64,000 bases of DNA, from the NCBI RefSeq assembly GCF_006345805.1, contig NC_043004.1, positions 57,598,001 through 57,662,000 of the forward strand, read 5' to 3'. The DNA is from Octopus sinensis (taxonomy: Eukaryota). How positions within the stretch are numbered: position 1 is the stretch's first letter; each line of letters opens with the position of its first letter. The notes under the pieces were generated by a model that searched no databases, was not told the DNA's origin, and worked only from the letters and a program-made list of their open reading frames with translations. Made by a program: the position numbers and the translations under genes. Positions 53,466 to 64,000 of the stretch are shown here, in pieces.

Positions 53466-53907
53466 ACATAGAGAGTCATGAGAGAGTAAACTAACTCCTG
53501 TCGTTATATATACCGGAACGTGATGGATACAGAAATGGTTTAACTCTGTCGGGCACAGAGAATCCTTTCTTTCTTATATGCAATGGGTAGTAAGGCGAAA
53601 TTGAATGTAGATAAAATAATTCGATTTGCAAAGGAAACAATTATTTAAAAAGAAGATGGTGAACAAACATGTAGATTGATACCTTTTTTTAAATAATCCC
53701 CTTTTAAACATACCTAAGAGCAACTTTAGCAGGAATACCAAAAATCGATTACAGATATTTTACTACTCCAAACACAGAAAATAAAATATACACGGGCAGA
53801 TATCTTGCTGTTAATAATTAAAAATGAAAATAAGTTTGTTTATAACGGAAAATACGATTCAAAACAGCAACTATCAAAGTTTATGAGAGAATCTTTGAAA
53901 TATGGAT

Positions 53908-54225
53908 GGGGACAGACAAACGGATTAAGTCGATTACATGGGCCCCAGCGCGTAACTGGTACTTATTTAATCGAGCCTGAAAGGATGAAAGGCAAAGTCG
54001 ACGTCGGCGAAATTTGAACTCAGAACGTAGCTATTTCTTTTACTACCTACAAGGGGCTAAACACAGAGAGGACAAACAAGGACAGACAAACGGATTAAGT
54101 CGATTATATCGACCTCAGTGCGTAACTGGTACTTATTTAATCGACCCCGAAAGGATGAAAGGCAAAGTCGACCTCGGCTACGCATTTCGCCCGGTGTACT
54201 AACGATTCTGCCAGCTCGCCGCCTT
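53908..54225 (-). mobile_element. Nested/tandem family B SINE copies
   Basis: Core block repeated at about 53960-54030 and 54110-54180. Confidence 0.8.
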
Positions 54226-54666
54226 AGAAGCTGGGCTTATTATAACATCTCCATGCGACTGACTGCAGGTTACACGCGCAGGACCTGTTTTGAATATTTC
54301 ACCTGTAACTTATCATTGTTATGATTATTGCATAACGTTAAACGTCCTCAAACTGCTGACGAGTTAAGAAATTACATATTTTCATATATATCTGTTTTCT
54401 TTTTGTGATCCACATTACACACACACACATACACACACACACACACACAAACAAACACACACACACACATATATATATACGTGTGTGTAATGTTATATAT
54501 GCATTCGTTTTTGTCTCTATATATGTAGATGCATGTGTATACCGGTGTTGTGTTCGACTAGTAGTTAGTTCCTCAACCCTAAGAAGCCACCCTCCATAGA
54601 ATTTGCACTCCGAAGGTAAAGTCAGGCGACATACTGTTCATTGTTTTGTCTGGCGTACTCAAGATT

Positions 54667-54881
54667 CTTTTCTTCTCTAGGCACAAGACCTGACATTTTT
54701 GGGAGGAGATAGCCATTTCGATTAGATCGACCTCAGTAAGCAACTGGTACTTAATTTATTGACCACGAAAGGATGAAAGGCAAAGTCGACCTCTGCGGAA
54801 TTTGACCTCAGAACATAAAAACAGACGAGTACCGCTAGCATTTCGCCCAGCATTCACAAGATTCTGTCGGCTGGCTACCTT
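54667..54881 (-). mobile_element. Family B SINE
   Basis: Core GAAAGGATGAAAGGCAAAGTCGACCTC present. Confidence 0.75.
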
Positions 54882-55155
54882 TATGTGAGTATGTGTTTGC
54901 GCGTAGCATGTGTGTGTCTGTGTCTATATGTATATATTTCTGTATATATTATTGAACTTGAAATTTCAAAAGTCTCGTTTCAGACAAAATGGCGAATAGC
55001 ATTGGTGTGGTGAGGTGTAACGATTGTGCAAAGGCTGCAGGGCATGAATTAAAAATGGATGCAAGCATTATTAATACTTATTTTTCTCGAATTTTATAGT
55101 CCTTTGTTGCATATGAAATCTTGAATCTTGAAAGAATGAAAATTGTTACAATTCG

Positions 55156-55541
55156 GGATGGAAGCACTCCGTCGGTTACGACGACGAGGGTTCCGGTTGA
55201 TCAGAATCAACGGAACAGCCTGCTCGTGAAATTAACATGTAAGTGGCTGAGCACTCCACAGACACGTGTACCCTTAACGTAGTTCTCGGGGATATTCAGT
55301 GTGACACAGGGAGTGACAAGGCCGGCCCCTTGAAATACAGGTACAACAGAAACAGGAAGTAAGAGTGAGAGAAAGTTGTGGTGAAAGAGTACAGCAGGGA
55401 TCACCACCATCCCCTGCCGGAGCCTCGTGGAACTTTTAGGTGTTTTCGCTCAATAAACACTCACAACGCCCGGTCTGGGAATCGAAACCGCGATCCTATG
55501 ACGCGAGTCCGCTGCCCTAACCACTGGGCCATTGCGCCTCC
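55156..55541 (-). mobile_element. tRNA-derived SINE, family C head with a different 3' tail (type 2)
   Basis: 55350-55541 matches the family C head and core; 55156-55345 is unrelated to tail type 1. Confidence 0.8.
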
Positions 55542-56356
55542 ACACAATTCAAGATACACCCAACACAAAAATAAACACTCTCGTCTCACTCTTTTGCGCA
55601 TAGATATGTGAATTCCAAAAATTGATCGTATATTTACTGAAATCTCTAAGTGTTCCAACCGGCTTATTAGCTATGCAGCGAACAAGAGAACTGGTTGCCC
55701 ATTCGGCCGTACGTACACAGGTATAGAATATAATCTGCCACTTTCTCATGGAACTGAGTTGGAATCAATATACAACAAAGATGTAACAATATCTACAGGA
55801 AGACATTTCCCTTTGGGTGTTCCACGATTTCTATAATTTATATATTGTTACTGAACGTATTGTGTGACAAACAGTCCATTTCACCATAATTAGAACGGGA
55901 AACCTTAATGTATATCAAAATATGTAACATATTTATCTCAGTATAAAGCAACACGACGTTATTTGAATTAAAAATATGTTCCATTCATAGAAATTTCTTA
56001 CTTGTTGCAACACGCTTTTGCGCTCGATCCTCGTTAGCTCATCTGTTGTTTACCTGGTCGTAACATTGATGAATAATTAATTATAAAGGAAATATCCATC
56101 TAAGTAAGCTCCACATACACTACAATGCATTAATAAATATTAATTTGTGGAGAACGCCAGAAAAATTCCCATACGTGATACAAGGCAAAACCTAGACACG
56201 AACATTGTCACACCACCAATAACAATTTAATAACGTGCATTAGGATAAAAATAATAGCGATGATACATTTTATTATTGAAATAACAATCACTACCACTGC
56301 TGCTGCTAATAAATATAATATTAATAATAATAATAATAATGATAATAATAATAATG

Positions 56357-56423
<67 letters not shown>

Positions 56424-56965
56424 GGCATTGGCTCTCATGGCCTCTGATCTTAACTGACTGGAAGTGTTATCATGTACATTGTTTTGTCTTGGTTTAAAAG
56501 ATGGGCTACAGCAAATATTTTGCTCAATACCACAGATTTGCTTCTCAGTTGCTTAACCATAACAAGTTGAGTATGTCTATTGGTGGCTGATGATATGCGC
56601 CTCCCTGATCTTGAGCAGAATTAGTGGGGGCGGTGCATTATAGCCATGTGTCGAGAGGAATTCTTTGAAGCTTGAATAATTCGCCTCTGGAAACATGGGT
56701 GTTTCGTTCATCATCCTTAAGCAAACCATATTCATGGACGTTTTGAACAGAATGGACTACACGACCCGATGAAAATTCTATCTGGGCCCCATCTACAAGG
56801 TCATCCGCTGTTTAACTTGATTTGAGATCACCATGTCGCGCACACATGTTTGTGATGCATGTCTCTGGTGCACCCTTATCAGACAGGTAGTCATGATGGT
56901 TATATTGGGCCTGGTATATTTTATCCTGGTGGCATTTCGATGACATGCGCTTCTCCCTAATTCAA

Positions 56966-57014
<49 letters not shown>

Positions 57015-57435
57015 GATAATGATGATGAAGATGATGAAAAAAATAACGGTATGAAATGTTTGGATAAAGTTCTGTAAAGTTGAGAAAAAGGGATAAGTCG
57101 ATTACATCAACATCAGTACTTGACTGATACTTTATTTTTCGACCCCGAATGCAACAATTGTAAAGTCAAAATGAGCAGAATTTAAGGTCAGAAGTACGAG
57201 TTAGAAGAAATGCCGCTGACCAATGTGTTGGACGCCCAAACGATTCAGCTGTTTATTTTATTATAAATATTAACATCGGAGCCTTTCCATGATGTATTTA
57301 CAAAACAATTAGCATCTCAATCATAAATTAGTGCTTCAGTATGATAAACTGCGAGATAAATGGACTGAAGTTCATAGATTGGAATTCTAAAAAATTACTC
57401 GCTATTTTCGAGCAAGCTATTGTAAAGCTAATATA

Positions 57436-57576
57436 TTAGGTTGTCCCAAAAGTTCGTAAATACTTGCGAAAATTGAATTTTTACTCGCCAAGTACTAACA
57501 AAAACAACACAAATTATTCCTCAAAATAAAGACCATTATATTCCAAGACTTTCTACGAACTTTTGGGACAACCTTA
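57436..57576. mobile_element. Tc1/mariner MITE (141 bp)
   Basis: 23-bp TIRs TTAGGTTGTCCCAAAAGTTCGTA (22/23 match); TA on both flanks. Confidence 0.85.
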
Positions 57577-59879
57577 TAGATATATCAACCATGAGAAGAA
57601 ACATAATTATAGAATTAACCACGTGAAACTTAAAATGTATTTAAAAGTATAGAAGTAAGCATGTGTACAATAATTAGTGTACTAAGGGGACATTTAAAGT
57701 AAAAGAATGAAAATGATACCTCTAGAATAGAGAATATATACTAAGATTTTATTAGGCAAGTAACTGTTCACTGAGACATATGAAATCAAGTCTACAATTA
57801 AATGTAAAGTTAATGGTTAAATGAAAAGAAACATCTATCTTGTGGTGTTAGTATATCTATGGGGATATTCTGGTAAAACCTAGTCTGGCTCGAAAACAAT
57901 TAATCCATAGAGTTTGGGGCAAAAATAGTTTGATAGAATGATTTTTTTCACATGAAGAGTGAATGAGAAGATAGAAAAACTCTATCGTGTTGGTAGCTAA
58001 GTGGTAAATGAAAATGATACTGAAGGGTTCATATAAGATAGTAATAAAAGGAAAGAGGGAGTAAGGTAGTGAGATGTGTTGCGCTAAGTAAAAGAAGAGG
58101 GGTTAAGTAAATACTGAGGGGATGGTGGTTAGAAAGGGACACATTTTAAAGTAAAACCAGGCGATGTGAAGTAAGAGTAACGGTGATAGGATTCAGGTAA
58201 AGTGAAGTTAAAATATGTTCGTAGCCACATCTTATAGGAAGAGTATAGTGAATAGGTGCAGACACACACACCAAAGTAAAACTGTAATGGAGGAATAAAG
58301 GAAGAGATTGCCTATAGTCAGATGAAAGGCAAAATCAACATCGAAATTAAGTGAATTAAGAACGTCAAGCTCAGTAATTTGAAGCAGAAAGACCCTTTGA
58401 CGATAGTTGTAAGCTTATAGGGAAATATGCTATTATGAAACTTGTTTCTAAGAAAGCAATTAGTCACTCCTTACACTATTTGCAAAATATACCGAAAAAG
58501 AACTAGGCTGACAATTAAAAACCTAAGTCGTAAGCAGTCATAAAATTAGCCAAGCAATTGTAGAAGTTGAATGGGCGCAATGAACATTTCTGTAGCTTTT
58601 CACATTACCAATAATTTAATTAGCTTCATACCCAGTCTACAGAAAATATATTGGTTAGCTAAATGCCATGTATAATATCCTAGAAGCAGAGAGGTGGCAT
58701 TTTCGGCTTGATACGAAGACATCACTACGAGGCATATGGAAATGCTTCTCTAATTTATTATACATAATTTGAATGACTACGTAATTTCATTCTTAACTTG
58801 GAGTTTTTCATTAATCTCACTTCCCAGCAAACAGAGATATTAAATTAGTTCTTTACACCGTAGGGTAGTAAGTGAACTTCACTAGTTAATGTAATTACGT
58901 AACTTGAATTGTAAGTATAATAAATATATGAATACGTGCAAACATTTGTTGCTCTCTATATTTCTTATTTTCTTAATGTCAATGTTTCAATTTACTGAAT
59001 TGGTGCTCATAAACTGTTCAGCAATTCTGCTATCCTTTTATATTTTATCAATTCTGATATTAATCCAGACAATTGAGTATTGTCTGTTATGTCACGGCCA
59101 TCCCCCACACAATATTCTCACTTCCCAAATAGATCAGTGATCAATCTTAATTTGGAAAGGTGTATTTTATGAAGTACAAGCAAGATGCAATAAGTTCGCT
59201 ACAATAAAACCATCCTAAAATTCCAATAAAATCTCGTTCTGCCTTATTTCTTGAAGGATAACGTCCTTCAGAAAGTTAAGAACGAAAAGCGTATTAAGTG
59301 CTCTTTAGATCAAAAGATAATTTAAATATAGACAGCTATTGTCTATGTTAATAATACCTACATCTGTAATTATTAAATCAATAAACTAAATCCCTTATTA
59401 ATTTATAATCTCTTTCATTTTCGATTTATTTCTATTTGTAATGCGGGAACGCCCATAATGGATCACACTTTACCTTTTTTACAACTTCTTTTCACAAATA
59501 TTATGCTTTCGTATAATAAATAGGATTTTACTTGGAAAACTCTGAACTAATGTTATGCATTTCCCACCTTTCTAGTGATTAACACAGTAACTTGGATCTC
59601 CAGCTCCAAAGTGTCTTGCTTCTGTTATCAGAGTTTATTCTGCTGAGGAGGCCAAAACAGATCTGACAGTGCCAATAGTTGTTGAATCTGAAAGAGCTGT
59701 CCTTGGTTTGAAACACAGTGTTCACCTAGTTCCTAGTTATCACTATACTAATCCTCATAAATTCCTCGAAATTAACAACATATGGAATCTATCGAAAGTT
59801 TGGCACAGGTTCAGTTACAGAATCAGCGATATCAAAACATTATCTAATTCCTGCTGATGTTCAGCAGGAATTAGAATTA

Positions 59880-60070
59880 GAATTCCAGCTGATATTCATT
59901 GATACAGCGTTTCTCACAAAATCCTCTTGTGCTCCGTTTCCGAAAGCCATCTCTCCATTCAACAGATCTTTCAAGACCCTATCAATTGGCACCCAGTGTT
60001 CGTATCTCAGGCAATAGAGACGTTAACATGTCATCTTGATGTCCAGGATACGCGTCCAGGAAAGTGGATG
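59880..60070 (-). mobile_element. Highly decayed RTE-type LINE C-terminal fragment
   Basis: Minus strand ...CLRYEHWVPIDRVLKDLLNGEMAFG resembles the RTE RLRW.GHV.RM...R.PK.LLYGEL..G motif. Confidence 0.35.
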
Positions 60071-60087
60071 GCTGTTATAACCTGGAC

Positions 60088-61921
60088 ATAACCTGGACAT
60101 CAAGGTTTTGGAACTGACCTATTTTCCATTGCATTTCAGACAGATTCATCGCTGAGTTGCTGAAACAGAAATATCCTTATAACAAATATGCTGCTCAACA
60201 AAACAGGTTTTCTTGACATTTGCTTGATCTTAACTACTCCTGAATGTTCCTAAGTGCATCTGTGATCATTAGCAGAGTCAGTGGAGGAACCATCATAGCC
60301 ATGTGTTGAGAGGTATGCATTAGAGTTCGAATAAATATAATCAATACAAAGTCTGAAGGAAAAATTAACCATTTCTCATACTTACTATGAGTAAGCAAAC
60401 AGGAAGTAACAGTTGCTACCCAAGGAGAAAAATCGTGTTATACAATATCATCTGATGATAATTCATACGTGATAATTTACCAGCATGAATCATCGAATCA
60501 TTTATTATAACTTATCTATGTTGAAATATGAAATGATCTCTACAGTTTAATATTTAATGGTTTCCTCCAACTAAAAGGTCAAAAACGTCTATTTTGGAAT
60601 AGGTACCTACGATACTTGTAACGAAATAATGTTAAATATATTGTTGTTAGTTAATAAATGTAAAAAGTTTTACGCTATGTATGATTTTCAATATAATTGA
60701 TTTCACATGATGTAAAGTTTACAGCACTTAACCAAATTAGATCATTCAAATGTATGCGATTGTCACATTAAGTCAGTGAATATTGGAGTTGACAACAAAT
60801 TAATACCAAGTTTACGAAACTTTCTAGTTATAAGCTACAAACCTCTTCAAAATTATAGATTGGAGACTACTTCAAATGAAATTCAGATCGATATACACAT
60901 TTAGCATCGAGGCATTTTCAGTGTAAAGCATTAAGTAAAGCATCTGAATGTGTTTCCAACTATCATTTATTCTTGATTTATGAAACAGAAGACAATCTGA
61001 AATGCTATTGTGAATGCTACTATTGTTGAAGTATGTATAAAGACCAATACATGGGTAAATTGAAATCAAGTCAATACAAGCGAATAATGCTATCAAATGT
61101 TACAAGGGACTGTTCTTGCCGTGTGAGCCTTTGCAGCTAGAGGATACGTTATTTTGCTAAAGCTAAAAACAAGAACAAGTTGGGGGTCAAATTTCAGGAG
61201 CTTACGAGACTAAGGCATGAAATAGCTGATTGCAAGCAAATTACTATAGTTGTTATTTAATTTGAATTAACACAGGAATGGCTATATTGTAAGAAGTTTG
61301 CTTCCCAACCACATGGTACCGCGTTTGGTACCACTGCGTGGCACCTTGGACAAGTGTTTTCCACTATAGCCTCGGGCCGACCAAAACCTTGTGAGTGGAT
61401 TTGGCAGACGGAAATGGTCGTATATATAAATATATATGTGTGTGTGTGCACTTGTGTGTCTCTATTTGTCCCCCACCATCGCTTGACACCTGATGTTGGC
61501 GTGCTCACGTCCCCCTAACATAGCGGTGCGACAAAATAGAACAACAGAATAAGTAATAGGTTTATGAAGAATAAGTCCTGGGGTCGATTTGTTCGACTAA
61601 AGGCCTTGCTTCGCTGTCAAATGTCTGAAACAGTTAAAAAATCAATAGTTAGAAGAAAGGGAAATGCATACCACGTACTTAAAAACGTCTGTTTGTGTTT
61701 GACCAAGTGAAACAACCTGGACATCACCATTTTCCATTACATTTCAGACAGATTCATCGCTGAGTTGCTGAAGCAGAAATGTCGTTATAACAAATATTCT
61801 GCTCAACAAAACTGATTTGCTTGTCATTTGCTTGATCTTAACCACTCCTGCATGCACCTAATTGCATCTGTTATCATGAGCAGGGAGAGTAGATGAACCC
61901 TCACAGCCATGTGTTGAGAGG
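60088..61921. repeat. Two diverged copies of an interspersed repeat (60088-60313, 61715-61921); partial similarity to 56425-56960
   Basis: Shared CATTTCAGACAGATTCATCGCTGAGTTGCTGAA and AGCCATGTGTTGAGAGG blocks. Confidence 0.7.
61272..61633 (+). mobile_element. tRNA-derived SINE, family A, older diverged copy
   Basis: CCACTGCGTGGCACCTTGGACAAG...GTGAGTGGATTTGG...GAATAAGTCCTGGGGTCGATTTG blocks. Confidence 0.75.
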
Positions 61922-64000
61922 GATTCTTGGAGATATAATATTTATGTAAAGATATGATATTTATATAAATGTGTGTGAGAAGTGGTTCAAATATATAGTT
62001 AGCACACACCGGTAGAATGGTAACTGGAAAACAATAAACACTAATCATAAATAAAGCATACTTTTGTGTTGTTTAATAGTTTATGAAAATTCACATTAAA
62101 GTCCTGTTCTTTATATCAGAATTGATTTAAGAACCAATTACGGCCTAAATGTATAAACTTTCCTTTATATTCGATAGTTTCTTGTATGAGTAGTCACTGA
62201 CAAATGTAATCCTTTTTACGTGTATTATATTTAAGAACGGTGTCCCTATTCAACATGCAGACTGTGTTGGTGCAAAGTATTTCGGAAATACAAACGTTGA
62301 CTATCATACAGTCAGTGGATATTTACAGCGTGCAGTAACATACATGTGAGTGAAATTGAATCACAGTCTACGAAATAAGTAGTTCATATATATGAGGTTT
62401 GATAGTGGAAATTAAATAGAGGCCCAAAAGAGATATGAAAATTATTCCAAATTTAACTTGTATGAATGATTAATATCAGATTACACCCGAAATTAAAATA
62501 TTCTTTGTAAAACTATTGCTTTCCCTCAAAATATCAACTGTTCGGCTTCCTTAGAGCAAAATATCAAATTTACTCGTGAAGAAAATTTAATAGATTATGC
62601 AGCATATATGATCCTTAGGTAGGTACTAAGTCAACTGAAAGTGAGAAAATTTCTTCATTTGTTTTCATTTATATTATTATATTGGAAGTACTTAAGCGTC
62701 TGTGCTTATGAAATTCTATAAATTAACATATGTATGAATTTTTGACCTCAAGTAATTAATGTATATCCACCCATCTGAGAAATCTTTCTGTCTATGTGAA
62801 AGCACCACTAGTTAAACTTCTAATCGATAGCGCAATATTGACACTTTCTAATTTGCTGAGGTCATTAAATCGGCAGATTTGTTGTAAATGAGAAATGAGA
62901 CAAGAGAAATGTGGTGTAGTATGTGTGGAAATATTGTTATCAGAAAATCAGAAATTCAGAAAATCCATGCCCAAACACGAAGCTTCTAACTGGAAGCATG
63001 AGCTGTTAAACAAGATACAACAGCCATATCTCCCTCAAATCAAAATTAAATTGTTGGAAAAGCACATTATATAATGTATCGATTGATATTATATTGCAGG
63101 AAAAAAATAGAGTTGTCATGGTTGGAAGGTTGTTTCATCACAAGTCTGTTTTCTTTAGTCTACCTGAAGCTGAACCAAAATAACTGGGGCTACCGTGACT
63201 AACACGCCTGGTAACTACGAGCAGACAGGTTTCTAGGAAATGCTATATATACAATGAAAATAACAGCAATAAAACAATAAGTGCTGTTACAACTGTTACT
63301 AATGAAAATAAGAACAACAATAAAATATAACGGTTATAGTGTCTAATTAAGTCTCATAGAGCTTTCGTTGTATAATCTTATATATCAATTGGTGATATTT
63401 ATTTATTGGGTAGCTTGCCAGTCAACATCTGCACAAATAACAATTACAACAGTAACAGTGACGGTGACGCCCATGACGGAGAACAACCTTAATGTAAGTT
63501 TGTTCTCCGTCCAAGAATTCTCGATTGTACATAGCTACACCAGTGGGTTTGAATTCGTGACTTACTAAGGGGGTAGAGGGGGCAATACTATACTTATTAA
63601 CAATTCATGACACTTTCAAGAAGGGACAATTAATATATGAATAAATAACTGAAGCAAAGATGGAGTATTTGTGCACAAACAAGACAGGAAGAAGAGAATC
63701 AATAAACAGAAACTAAGAAGTAACGGAAATGTGTCGCAACGGGGACGTATAATAAAATATCGAAAACAGTGACGTTTCGTTAGGAATTATCACTGCACAG
63801 ACATATAATGTTATTGATTTCTTGTATTAACACAAAGTTATAAATATGTAAGGAGTGGTTATAGAGGTTATTGCCCTGGTCCTTATCACTCTAGTGGTAT
63901 GAGATACAAAACTAACTCTGACATTAACACAATTTGAATTTAAGTAAAGCAAAACTAAATAAATTGCTTCGGTTGTTGAGGAGTCTCTCAGTGAGGAAAT

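Noticed and set aside
59843-59875. Perfect 15-bp hairpin (TCTAATTCCTGCTGA-TGT-TCAGCAGGAATTAGA)
   Set aside because: Short and isolated; explicable as a template-switch inversion at the edge of a decayed LINE; intrinsic terminators do not apply here.
63368-63500. STSAQITITTVTVTV peptide ending at a GTAAGT donor, cadherin-repeat-like
   Set aside because: Low-complexity (ACAGTA/ACGGTG) repeat; lacks the cadherin DxNDNxP motif.
1148-63568. Dozens of ORFs rich in YI/IY, CV, LS, poly-I/N/L/K
   Set aside because: They are translations of (TA)n, (TG)n, (GA)n, (AAT)n and (AAG)n microsatellites or of SINE bodies; no protein evidence.

Overview
AT-rich, microsatellite-saturated eukaryotic non-coding DNA (intergenic or deep intronic). 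The repeat content is most consistent with an octopus/coleoid cephalopod genome; this is inference from the tRNA-derived SINE families. No host protein-coding gene can be supported, and most ORFs in the track are translations of (TA)n/(AAT)n/(CA)n tracts. Real content: (i) a near-complete R4/Dong-clade RLE non-LTR retrotransposon (31964-35739, one frameshift) inserted in an (AAT)n array, plus two 5'-truncated relatives also at (AAT)n arrays; (ii) a decayed CR1-type LINE (44702-47154) whose 3' tail matches the tail of an abundant SINE family, suggesting a SINE/LINE pair; (iii) several minimal type-I hammerhead-ribozyme motifs, canonical and core variants, all on the minus strand, one downstream of a Penelope-like GIY-YIG remnant and two inside inverted repeats; (iv) at least three tRNA-SINE families with interchangeable tails, hAT and mariner MITEs, a non-autonomous Helitron, several long foldbacks and a 100-N assembly gap. 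All family assignments come from motif recognition by eye and were not database-checked.
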